Shown one piece after another: positions 10,435 through 21,693 of a stretch of 64,000 nt of DNA. The position numbers were made by a program, and so were the translations under genes. The notes below the pieces were generated by a model, which worked only from the letters and a program-made list of their open reading frames with translations, was not told the origin of the DNA and made no database searches. Where the stretch lies: assembly GCA_001771575.1 (NCBI GenBank), contig MEUD01000001.1:415277-479276 (forward strand), read 5' to 3'. The first letter of the stretch is position 1, and each line of letters begins with the position of its first letter. This DNA is from a candidate division WOR-1 bacterium RIFOXYB2_FULL_45_9 (GTDB lineage: Bacteria; Margulisbacteria; WOR-1; O2-12-FULL-45-9; XYB2-FULL-48-7).

Positions 10435-11522
10435 GCGGCCCCTTTCCTGGAAATATTTAAGATCACGCCGACCGCGAAAAGGTTGATGATCGTTGCCGTC
10501 CCACCGTAGCTAAGGAACGGCAAGGGGATCCCGGTCGTTGGGGCCAGACCGACCACCACCATAATATTGATCAGCGCCTGGGTCGACAGCCAGGCGACCA
10601 GGCCGGTCGCCAAAAGGCATTTGAACGGGTCTTTCGCTCCCAGCGCGATCAGAAAGCCGCGGTGAACAAAAAGGACAAAGATGGCGATGGCCAAAACTGC
10701 ACCGATAAAGCCGGTCTCCTCGCAATAAATGGCAAAGACAAAATCGGTGAACTGCTGGGGGAGATAAAAAAACTTCTGCCTTGAAGCGCCAAGCCCCAGG
10801 CCCATAATGCCACCCGACCCGACGGCCAAAAGGGACTGGATGATCTGGAAACCGATCCCCTGCGGGTCCTGCCAGGGGTCAAAAAAAGCGACAAACCTTT
10901 TTAAGCGGTACGGCGTGGTCACTCCCAGCACGATCACTCCGGCAACCGCCGCCAACCCAAGGAAAACGAACTGCGAATACTCCATCCCGGCGACAAAAAG
11001 CATGGCGAAGACTGACCCGGCCAGCGCCAGGACCGTCCCCAGGTCGGGCTGTTTAATGATCAGGGCGGCGACGAAAGCGAAGATCAATAAAGCCGGCAGG
11101 ACCCCTCTCATAAAATTGCCGATGTCCCCTTTTCTTTCCGACAGGAGCCTGGCCAGATAAACGGTCAAAGTAAATTTAATCAGCTCCGAAGGCTGAAAAG
11201 ATATTATCCCCAGATCGATCCACCTTGAAGCGCCGCTGATGTTATGCCCGATCCCGGGAACAAAGACCAGGACCAAAAAGAAGAGAGTGACCAAAAACAG
11301 ATGGAAAGAATAATTTTTCAGCTTGACCAGATCGAGACGAAATCCATAGTAACCGGCGCCGACCCCCAGGACCAGGAAAAAGAGATGGCGTTTAATGAAA
11401 TAGAGCATGTCACCATGCTTTAGCCCCATGGTGGGACTGGCGGAAAAAATCGTCGCCGTGCCGATCGCGGAGAGGAGGATGACCGCCAGCAAAAACCAAT
11501 AGTCTATTTTAAGTTTTGGCAT
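10431..11522 (-). CDS. ftsW: SEDS-family peptidoglycan polymerase/cell division protein (FtsW/RodA)
   Basis: 363 aa polytopic membrane protein with SEDS motifs, located between murD and murG. Confidence 0.85.
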   Translation of the reverse strand: MPKLKIDYWFLLAVILLSAIGTATIFSASPTMGLKHGDMLYFIKRHLFFLVLGVGAGYYGFRLDLVKLKNYSFHLFLVTLFFLVLVFVPGIGHNISGASRWIDLGIISFQPSELIKFTLTVYLARLLSERKGDIGNFMRGVLPALLIFAFVAALIIKQPDLGTVLALAGSVFAMLFVAGMEYSQFVFLGLAAVAGVIVLGVTTPYRLKRFVAFFDPWQDPQGIGFQIIQSLLAVGSGGIMGLGLGASRQKFFYLPQQFTDFVFAIYCEETGFIGAVLAIAIFVLFVHRGFLIALGAKDPFKCLLATGLVAWLSTQALINIMVVVGLAPTTGIPLPFLSYGGTATIINLFAVGVILNISRKGAA

Positions 11523-12817
11523 AGCTCCTTGAAGACCCGTCCGCGCTCCTCATAGTTGCTGAACATGTCAAAGCTGGCGCACGCCGGAGAAAGGAGAACA
11601 ACATCCCCTTTTTCCGCCAGGCGATAGGCTTCACGGACCGCGTCCCCCATGGAAAAACCGGTCCGGTAAATATTGGCAAACTCGGCCTCGCGCAAAGCGG
11701 ACTCAAAACGGTCGGACGCCTCCCCGATCAGGACGACCGCTTTCACGCTCTCCTTGACCTTTTTTGCCAGCTCATCAAGGCTCACCCCTTTATCCCGTCC
11801 CCCCAAGATCAAGACCAGCCCCCGTCCTTTGAAGGTTTCGATCGCCACGAGGGTCGAATCGGGATTGGTCCCTTTGGAGTCGTTGTAAAACTCGATCCCT
11901 TTTTTCTTTCTGACAAATTCGATCCGGTGCTCCACTCCCGGGAAAGTTTTCAGCACCCGGGATATTTTTTCGTCTTTTATCCCGCAAAGCCGGGCCGCAA
12001 AGGCCGCCGCCAGCGCGTTCTCCAGATTGTGCCGTCCGGGGATCTTTATTTCGGTCGGGTCCAGGGTGATGATTTGAGCGGCGCGATCTTTCGCGAAAGG
12101 AGCAAGCCGCGCTTTGGCTCCCTGGACCATTTTCACCACCTGGGGATCGTCGGCATTGTAGACCAGGTGGTCGGCGCCGGTCTGATTCGAAAAAACCCTG
12201 GCTTTTTGGGCGATATATTCTTCGATCGTATGGTGCCTCTCCAAATGGTCGGGCTGAATGTTCAGGACAACGCTGATCCAGGGCTTGAAGTCGACGATCG
12301 CTTCCAGCTGATAACTGCTGACTTCGGCCACGACGTAATCCAACTTGGCATCATCAACCTCGATCAACGGGAGCCCGATATTACCGGCCACCGCGACCTT
12401 CTTCCCCCCAGCTTTGAGCATTTCACCGATCAGGGTCGTCGTCGTCGTTTTGCCGTTCGTTCCAGTGATGGCGATGATCGGTTTTGACAGAAAACGGGAA
12501 GCCAGCTCGATCTCCGAGATCACGGGAATTTTATTTTTTCTGGCCAGTTCAATGATCGGGATATCGAGATGGACCCCCGGACTGACCACTACCAAGTCTA
12601 AGCCTTCAACCAGCTCCGGAGGATGCTGGCCCAGTAACAGGCGGATCCCTTTGCTAGTTAAAGCTTCAAGCTGATCTTTTGGGAAAAGTTCTTCTTTTTT
12701 TGAGTCGGTCACCGTCACGACCGCTCCCAGTCCAGCCAGCTTAACGGCGGCCGAAAGTCCGCTTTTACCCAGTCCAACGATCAAGACCTTTTGGCCATTC
12801 ATGTTAATCGCTACCAT
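11504..12817 (-). CDS. murD: UDP-N-acetylmuramoylalanine--D-glutamate ligase
   Basis: 437 aa Mur ligase with GTNGKTTTT located downstream of mraY. Confidence 0.9.
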   Translation of the reverse strand: MVAINMNGQKVLIVGLGKSGLSAAVKLAGLGAVVTVTDSKKEELFPKDQLEALTSKGIRLLLGQHPPELVEGLDLVVVSPGVHLDIPIIELARKNKIPVISEIELASRFLSKPIIAITGTNGKTTTTTLIGEMLKAGGKKVAVAGNIGLPLIEVDDAKLDYVVAEVSSYQLEAIVDFKPWISVVLNIQPDHLERHHTIEEYIAQKARVFSNQTGADHLVYNADDPQVVKMVQGAKARLAPFAKDRAAQIITLDPTEIKIPGRHNLENALAAAFAARLCGIKDEKISRVLKTFPGVEHRIEFVRKKKGIEFYNDSKGTNPDSTLVAIETFKGRGLVLILGGRDKGVSLDELAKKVKESVKAVVLIGEASDRFESALREAEFANIYRTGFSMGDAVREAYRLAEKGDVVLLSPACASFDMFSNYEERGRVFKELCQNLK

Positions 12818-13761
12818 AGTAATACTCCCGCCACTCCAAAGATCAAGCCAAGGGACCAGAAGCCAAGAACAACCGGAACCTCCTTGAAACCTAACAGCTC
12901 AAAATGATGGTGCAATGGGGACATCCGGAAGAGCCGCCGCTTAAACAACTTATAACAAGCGACCTGGACGATGACCGAAAGCGCCTCCAGGACAAAAACC
13001 CCGCCGATCACGATCAACCGGAGTTCCTGGTGGAGCAGGACCGCGATCCCGGCCAGCAAAGCGCCAAGCGCCAGCGAACCGGTATCGCCCATAAAGATCT
13101 GGGCCTTTGGAAAATTATAAAAGAGAAAAGCCAGTACGGAACCAGCAGCGATCAGGCAGACGCTCATCGCGTCGATCATTTGCAGGCGGTGGGCGATGAC
13201 GGCAAAAAAGAGGAAGGCAAGCCCGCCGGTCCCGGCCAGCAAGCCGTTAAGCCCGTCCGTCAAATTCGTGGCGTTGGCGGCGCCGACAATAATAAAAGTG
13301 GAGCCCAGCATATAAAGAAGCGGTTCGCCAAAGTATATATAATTTAACCAGCCGGTTTGCTGATGGTAGCCGATCGAAACAAGAAAAAAAGAAAAAAGCG
13401 CGGCAAAGGCCGACTGGAGAAAGATTTTTTGCCAAAAATTCAATCCGAGATTTTGTTTTTTTATGGTTTTGGTCAGGTCGTCGAACAACCCGATCCCGGC
13501 GAAAGCAAACATTAGAAGAAGGATGGCCGCGTAGCGAAAGTCCATTTCCACGTTAACAAAGATCAGCACCATGATCAGGATCGCGAGCCCAAACCCAACC
13601 CCTCCCATGATCGGGGTCCCGGCTTTATTTAAATGACTTTGCGGCCCCTCCGCCCTGATATATTGGCGCGTTTTAAAAAAGCGCGAACCAGCGATAACTG
13701 GGTAGGTGATCAACAGGGAGATAAGCGCCGCCGTAAAAAATAGTACAATCTGCGAAATCAC
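12811..13761 (-). CDS. mraY: phospho-N-acetylmuramoyl-pentapeptide transferase
   Basis: 316 aa polytopic membrane protein with MraY motifs (NATNLTDGLDGL, HHHFEL). Confidence 0.9.
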   Translation of the reverse strand: MISQIVLFFTAALISLLITYPVIAGSRFFKTRQYIRAEGPQSHLNKAGTPIMGGVGFGLAILIMVLIFVNVEMDFRYAAILLLMFAFAGIGLFDDLTKTIKKQNLGLNFWQKIFLQSAFAALFSFFLVSIGYHQQTGWLNYIYFGEPLLYMLGSTFIIVGAANATNLTDGLNGLLAGTGGLAFLFFAVIAHRLQMIDAMSVCLIAAGSVLAFLFYNFPKAQIFMGDTGSLALGALLAGIAVLLHQELRLIVIGGVFVLEALSVIVQVACYKLFKRRLFRMSPLHHHFELLGFKEVPVVLGFWSLGLIFGVAGVLLW

Positions 13762-13800
13762 AACCTGATATTATCACATTTTACCGAGGCCAGCAAACAA

Positions 13801-13840
13801 AAAAGCCCTCCCGGGTCGAACCCGCCAGAGGGCTTTTTCA
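13801..13840 (-). terminator. rho-independent terminator (bidirectional hairpin) downstream of the minus-strand secreted-protein gene
   Basis: Hairpin AAGCCCTC...GAGGGCTT followed by a T-run on both strands. Confidence 0.55.
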
Positions 13841-13850
13841 AGAGAACTTT

Positions 13851-14372
13851 TTACATGAAATAATAGCCGAAATTAACGAACACTCCAGGCAAGATGCTGG
13901 TGGTGTTGGCCCCGCCAGCTGAAGTGATGGAAAGGACAATGATATCAGCCCCAACGCAAAGATTGGGTTGAACCATGGTCTTCATCCCCCAGGTCCCGCC
14001 AAAAGTTGTGATCGAAGCGCCGCCAGTAGAAAATGTGCTAAAGTAACCGCCGATCCCGGTCTGAACATTACTGATGCTGTTCAAGTTGTAATCAACTTTA
14101 CCAATAATGAAAGTCGTGGAGGCGTTACCGGTGGTAAACGAGGCGCCGATGGTCCCCATCAAATCATCATTAAAATGAAATTTCATTGCCGGGGTGCCGC
14201 CCAAGGTACCGACCGCCATTTTTCCAGCCATTGAACCGGAGCCTGAACCGGAATCAGCCTGCATTTGCAGAGCTTTAGTCGCCGGGCTGGCTTTTTTGAC
14301 TTGCGCGTTCGCGGAGACTGAAAGTCCCGCGATTAACAATAGAACGGTGATAACAGAAATAAGTTTCTTCAT
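13851..14372 (-). CDS. small secreted beta-strand-rich protein (possible outer-membrane beta-barrel)
   Basis: 173 aa with a signal peptide (MKKLISVITVLLLIAGLSVSANA), Gly/Thr/Ser-rich alternating beta pattern and an aromatic-rich C-terminus (NFGYYFM). Confidence 0.45.
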   Translation of the reverse strand: MKKLISVITVLLLIAGLSVSANAQVKKASPATKALQMQADSGSGSGSMAGKMAVGTLGGTPAMKFHFNDDLMGTIGASFTTGNASTTFIIGKVDYNLNSISNVQTGIGGYFSTFSTGGASITTFGGTWGMKTMVQPNLCVGADIIVLSITSAGGANTTSILPGVFVNFGYYFM

Positions 14373-14459
14373 TCATTTCACCCCCTTTTTATTTGGATTC
14401 CTTATTAATAAGTCTAATCCCGGCTAATGCTACCATATTTAGTTTGAATGTCAAAGCGA

Positions 14460-15851
14460 CTATTCAAGCGTAAAGATATTGCCTCTCCCAAGCACCCCTT
14501 GAGGATCATATTTTTTCTTTGTTCGCCTCATCCGCTCTATCCCATTTTCACCGTACATTTCCAGTAAATAATCGCGCTTGATCTTGCCGATCCCGTGCTC
14601 GGCCGAGACCGTCCCTCCCAGCTCGACCGCTTTTTTCACGAACCGCAGGATCAAACCTTTAGCCAGAACAATTTCCGCCTCATTTTTTGGTAACAAATTA
14701 ACGTGCAGATGATTATCGCCGATATGGCCGAATTTTATGTAAAAAAGCTTTAAGCTTTCAGCTTTAAGCTGATCATTGTAATAATTAAACATCTCGCGGA
14801 ACTTCCCCTCCGGTACGGCGATATCGGTCGCCATTTTAACCAAGTGATGTTCTTTGAACAACTCGTTGATATGCTCCGGTATCGCGTGACGAAATTGGCG
14901 CAACTGCTCTTTTTGTTTAGCGTCGCTCCCGATCCAGGCCTCTTCCAGCGAGGAATCGTGGGCTATTAATAGTTTTTCCCATTCTTCAAGATAATTCTGG
15001 TTTCGCTCCGTCAGCTCCTGTTCAACATAGACCGCCGCTTCCCTCTCCAGCGGGATGTGAGGATAGCTCCGCCCCAGCATTTGCAGTGTGTTAGGGTCAA
15101 AATATTCAAAGAAATTGATCGATCGGTCATCGATCTTTTTTGCCGCCTCAACAAAACCAAGCGCCCCCTCTTCCGTTTTAAAGAAGGCCACCAGCTCAAA
15201 AGTATCGGCCATTTTCGGCAGTAGGCTGACTTCGATCTCGGAAATAAATCCTAGGGTCCCTTCCTGTCCGATAAAAAGATCGATCAGCTCCATCTCCGGC
15301 CTCGCGTAGTACCCAGCCGCGTTCTTGAGCCCTCTGACCGGGCTTTCTTTTCTTTTTAGCTCCAGCCGCTCTCCGCTGGTCAGCAAAACCTTTAGGCCTA
15401 AAATATGATCGCGGGTCGAGCCGAAACGATAGCTTCGGCCGCCGGAAGCGTTGGTGTTGACGTTCCCGCCAACAGTGGCGCTCTTCTCCGTCGGGTCCGG
15501 CGCGTAAAACAAGCCGTATGGCGCGGACGCTTTGGCCAATTCTTCCAAAGTAACACCGGACTGAATCAGCGCGGTCTTTTTTATCTGATCGATCTCAATT
15601 ATTTTGTTAAGCTTCTGGACCGAGAGGATGTTGCCGCCAAATGGGATACACCCTCCGGTCGTCCCGGTTTGGGCGGCGGAAAAGGTTAATGGCTCTTTTT
15701 TAGCGGCGCATTCCAAAAGGGCTTCTTTAGCCTCGGCCTCGTTTTGAGGGAGATAAAGGCCATCGGCGGAACCTCCGGTCAGGTTGGAGCTGTCTTCCAG
15801 ATAGCCGGCGATGATCGATTGGTCAGTGATCTTTTTTAGCATGTTACCCAT
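14460..15851 (-). CDS. FAD-linked oxidase (GlcD/D-lactate dehydrogenase family)
   Basis: 463 aa with an FAD-binding PCMH-type domain, a C-terminal FAD-oxidase domain and an HxxH-containing tail. Confidence 0.7.
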   Translation of the reverse strand: MGNMLKKITDQSIIAGYLEDSSNLTGGSADGLYLPQNEAEAKEALLECAAKKEPLTFSAAQTGTTGGCIPFGGNILSVQKLNKIIEIDQIKKTALIQSGVTLEELAKASAPYGLFYAPDPTEKSATVGGNVNTNASGGRSYRFGSTRDHILGLKVLLTSGERLELKRKESPVRGLKNAAGYYARPEMELIDLFIGQEGTLGFISEIEVSLLPKMADTFELVAFFKTEEGALGFVEAAKKIDDRSINFFEYFDPNTLQMLGRSYPHIPLEREAAVYVEQELTERNQNYLEEWEKLLIAHDSSLEEAWIGSDAKQKEQLRQFRHAIPEHINELFKEHHLVKMATDIAVPEGKFREMFNYYNDQLKAESLKLFYIKFGHIGDNHLHVNLLPKNEAEIVLAKGLILRFVKKAVELGGTVSAEHGIGKIKRDYLLEMYGENGIERMRRTKKKYDPQGVLGRGNIFTLE

Positions 15852-15860
15852 TATATAACA

Positions 15861-15892
15861 AAAAAGCGAATACTTAATGTATTCGCTTTTCT
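15861..15892 (-). terminator. rho-independent terminator immediately after 5S rRNA
   Basis: Perfect hairpin AGCGAATAC-TTAA-GTATTCGCT flanked by an A-run and a T-run. Confidence 0.6.
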
Positions 15893-15911
15893 TAAATTTA
15901 TCGAGGGCAAA

Positions 15912-16030
15912 AACCCCGGCGACGTTCTACTCTCCCCCAAAACGAAGTTAAGGAGTACCATCGACCCGGGAGGATTTCACTGCCGTGTTCGGAATGGGAA
16001 CGGGTGGGTCACCTCCGGTATGGTCACCGG
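15912..16030 (-). rRNA. rrf: 5S ribosomal RNA
   Basis: Reverse complement reads CCGGTGACCATACCGGAGGTGACCCACCCGTTCCCATTCCGAACACGGCAGTGAAATCCTCCCGGGTCGATGGTACTCC..., the canonical 5S sequence. Confidence 0.85.
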
Positions 16031-16097
16031 GATTTTTACCTTCGTATAAATATGATAGCGTTGAAGTCAAGAAATAAATCCCCGCAATGCGAGAAAA

Positions 16098-18962
<2,865 letters not shown>

Positions 18963-19117
18963 CTTAAATTCTCTCTTTCTCGATGCGGGAATTTATTCCT
19001 GCTTCAACCTTAACATACTTATACAAAACCCTATTCAATTATCAAGCTGCTTGCCTTGTCTCCAAGTTTTTCCGCCGAAGCGAAAAACAAGTCCCTTTCG
19101 AGGAACCTGGAGGGCCA

Positions 19118-19143
19118 TGAAAAAACGCACCGTAGTGCGTTTC
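19118..19143 (-). terminator. rho-independent terminator downstream of moeB/thiF
   Basis: Hairpin AAACGCAC-CGTA-GTGCGTTT with a T-run on the minus strand. Confidence 0.45.
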
Positions 19144-19308
19144 ACACGCTCGGTCTATTAAATTTAAACGCTAAAAAATTAGGTAATAAATCTATTCACA
19201 GACGAGGTTGTAATTATATCTTAGTTTGCCTTTTGTTGTCAAGGGGATTTTTGGCAATTTTCAGCCTAATTCCAGTTCAGACCTAATTAACCTGGTTTTC
19301 CGCGGAAA

Positions 19309-20097
19309 TCAAGACTTTCCGCCAGCCGAACAGGCAAGGCATTTCTTGTTTCTGGGGACCTTGACCTTCCTGAAGGAGCGCTCAAGCGGGTCGATGACCA
19401 TTAACTCGCCCCCCGCCAGTTCTCCCGCCCCAAGAAGGAGCTTGATCGCTTCCGCCGCTTGCCAGGTCCCGACCAGTCCCGGAAGAAAACCGATCACCCC
19501 ATTCTCCCGGCACGAGGGAATTTCGCCCGGTGGGGGCTCTTCGGCAAAAAGACAGCGGAAGCACGGCCCCTCCCCCGGCTTTATGACCATTAACTGCCCT
19601 TCAAACTGATAGACCGCTCCATAAATCAGCGGCTTTTCCTGCTCAACGCACGTATCATTTAATATATAGCGGGTGGCAAAATTATCGCTCCCGTCAATCA
19701 CTATTTCATAATCCTTGACGATCCGGGCGGCATTTTCGGCGGTCAAACGGGTAGAAAAGGCCAAAACTTCGCAGTCGGGATTTAATGCTTTGATCCGGTG
19801 GGCGGCGATCTGCGCTTTGAGGCGGCCGACCTCATCCGACGAGTAGAGGGTTTGGCGATTTAAGTTTGACAGCTCGATAAAGTCGCTGTCGACGATACCG
19901 ATCCGGCCGACCCCTGCGGCGGCGAGATATTGCAGAGCTGGAGAGCCGAGACCACCAGCACCGACGACCAAAACTTTTCCGAGGCGGAGTTTTTCCTGGC
20001 CGACCGTACCGACTGCAGGGAGAATGAGCTGGCGGCTATAGCGCCCTTCGTTTTCGCAATTACCAGACATATAAATCACCCAGGGTCCAAAGGCCAA
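19309..20097 (-). CDS. ThiF/MoeB-family E1-like adenylyltransferase (molybdopterin/thiamine sulfur-carrier activating enzyme)
   Basis: 262 aa with a Rossmann GxGxxG (VVGAGGLGSP) and the ThiF fold. A C-terminal CxxC pair is absent. The true start is probably the internal Met (MSGNCENEGRYSRQ) near 20070. Confidence 0.75.
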   Translation of the reverse strand: MAFGPWVIYMSGNCENEGRYSRQLILPAVGTVGQEKLRLGKVLVVGAGGLGSPALQYLAAAGVGRIGIVDSDFIELSNLNRQTLYSSDEVGRLKAQIAAHRIKALNPDCEVLAFSTRLTAENAARIVKDYEIVIDGSDNFATRYILNDTCVEQEKPLIYGAVYQFEGQLMVIKPGEGPCFRCLFAEEPPPGEIPSCRENGVIGFLPGLVGTWQAAEAIKLLLGAGELAGGELMVIDPLERSFRKVKVPRNKKCLACSAGGKS

Positions 20098-20635
20098 ACA
20101 TAATGAATATAGCGGCTCCGACCAGCTTCACGTTTTTTTGGGGGATAAGATCTTTGGTCCATTTACCGGCCAGGGCGCCAAGAGTATTGACCGCGATCAT
20201 GGCCAGGGTGGCGCCGACCCAAACTTGGAAAGGACTGCCGTATTGGGCGGTCAGAGCCAGCGTGGCGATCTGGGTTTTATCCCCCAGCTCGGCCAGGAGA
20301 AAGGCGGTAAAGACGAGCCAAAACGGGGAACGCTTCCCCTTTGCTTCCGCTTCGTCGTCGTCAGCTTCTTCTTTTCCAAGAATTGTCCAAAAGCCGAAAG
20401 CGATAAAGAGGATCCCGGCGATGGTCTGGATATATATGATAGGGACAAAGCGGTTGAGTAGCCCGCCAAAGATGACCGCCAGCGCCATTAGGAGGGCCGA
20501 GGCGCAAGATACGGCAGCGATAACTATTCTGGCTGAATATTTGGTGGCCAGACCAAAAGTGAGGAGTTGGGTTTTATCTCCCAGCTCCGCCACCGCGATC
20601 ATTATAAATGTAGTTATAAATGGGATTAAGGACAT
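20060..20635 (-). CDS. UPF0016/GDT1 (TMEM165) family cation (Mn2+/Ca2+) transporter
   Basis: 191 aa with two internal repeats, each carrying the E-x-G-D-(KR)-(TS) signature (ELGDKTQ twice). Confidence 0.75.
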   Translation of the reverse strand: MSLIPFITTFIMIAVAELGDKTQLLTFGLATKYSARIVIAAVSCASALLMALAVIFGGLLNRFVPIIYIQTIAGILFIAFGFWTILGKEEADDDEAEAKGKRSPFWLVFTAFLLAELGDKTQIATLALTAQYGSPFQVWVGATLAMIAVNTLGALAGKWTKDLIPQKNVKLVGAAIFIMFGLWTLGDLYVW

Positions 20636-21143
20636 GGGGATATTATAACACCCGTTCGGAACCTGAGAATGAATTCTCGGTTCCTCACGAGAAACCGGTA
20701 ACTTTGCGGCTTATGACCAGGAAACCTGTCCCGATTGGATCGGGAAGTTTTCTTGGTTTTTCCCCTGTACGTATTTAGATATTTTGCTCTCTTTTACGCC
20801 TTGTCCATTTTCTTTGTCTGGCCACAAAGAAAATGGACGAAAAGAAAAGGCCTTACGCATTTCGACTTTTTTTAAGGTAAGCGAAATGCGTCGAACACTC
20901 TGAACTTATACCAGATATTTTTAATCTAAATGAAGGCAATAATCCAAACGGTTTTTCAGTTGAGAAGATCGGACATCGTTATTTCTGTTTGTCGCGATGC
21001 ATTTTTAGGTATGCACTCTTTCAATGGTTTTGCCTTTAAGCCCTGCCTTCTATGGAAAGGGGCTCCTTGAGTTGGCAGGGGCATTTTGAAGGGCCAGTTG
21101 CTAAAAGTCCAAAATTTGGTAAAATTAGAAATTGTATTGGCGT

Positions 21144-21216
21144 TCCCCGGTAGCGCAGTGGTAGCGCAGGTGACTGTTAATCACTTGGTCGTAGGTTCGA
21201 ATCCTACCCGGGGAGC
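21144..21216 (+). tRNA. tRNA-Asn (anticodon GTT)
   Basis: Manual cloverleaf: acceptor TCCCCGG/CCGGGGA, D-stem GCGC/GCGC, anticodon stem GGTGA/TCACT with loop CTGTTAA, T-arm GTAGG-TTCGAAT-CCTAC and discriminator G. Confidence 0.8.
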
Positions 21217-21218
21217 TT

Positions 21219-21248
21219 TTCTTTTTTGTCCCCAAAAAAGAAAAGCGG
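21219..21248 (+). terminator. A/T hairpin directly after the tRNA (CTTTTCTTTTTT-GTCCCC-AAAAAAGAAAAG)
   Basis: Perfect 12-bp inverted repeat immediately 3' of tRNA-Asn. Confidence 0.4.
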
Positions 21249-21541
21249 CAATTGCGTTCAGCAATTGGATTTTGCGAACCCCGGCGCTTGACGACGGGTG
21301 AGCAAAATCAAGGGTAGGATGAGAAAGGCGTTTTTGCGCCGAGCGAAGCGAGGATCAGCGAGCGACACTCCTGCCCTAGCAGGATGAGCGAGCGAAAGCA
21401 AAAACGCCATGTCCCGTAGTCGCCGCCCAAAGCGGCACGGAGGACGAAATCCTACCAGGGGAGGGCCGATTTTTTTTGATTATCTTCGAGAGTGTAAAAC
21501 TAGGCGCTACTCCCTGCCTGCAGGCAGGTTAGTATTACGGA

Positions 21542-21691
21542 CTATTTTCTAATTGCAAGTGGTCCAGTTTTTGGGGGGAAGGTCACCACAATATCGATAA
21601 TTTCCCAATAGATCCCCTGTTTAACCACAAATCCGCTCGCAACGAGCAAGGAAAGGCCGATGAGGAGCCAACCCTGGAGTTTATCGTGCAT
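21542..21691 (-). CDS. tiny single-TM peptide (49 aa) at the 3' end of the defence operon
   Basis: MHDKLQGWLLIGLSLLVASGFVVKQGIY... has one hydrophobic helix. An AAAGGA Shine-Dalgarno (SD) sequence lies 8 nt upstream, and the start is 2 nt after the stop of the upstream gene. Calling such a short ORF is uncertain. Confidence 0.25.
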   Translation of the reverse strand: MHDKLQGWLLIGLSLLVASGFVVKQGIYWEIIDIVVTFPPKTGPLAIRK

Positions 21692-21693
21692 AT

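Noticed and set aside
20636-20840. Possible yybP-ykoY (Mn2+) riboswitch upstream of the UPF0016/GDT1 gene
   Set aside because: I read the minus-strand leader. It lacks the conserved GGGGAGUAG...GAGAC...UUGCC core, and the -10 box sits only 6 nt from the ATG. That leaves no room for a riboswitch aptamer in the 5' UTR.
21086-21301. 71-aa ORF overlapping tRNA-Asn
   Set aside because: It runs straight through the tRNA gene and its terminator hairpin, and has no RBS.
21217-21540. tmRNA or an integrase-bearing integrative element at the tRNA
   Set aside because: There is no tRNA-like acceptor/T-arm plus tag-peptide ORF, and no tyrosine/serine recombinase gene anywhere in 21-31 kb. Only a degenerate tRNA-end repeat remains.
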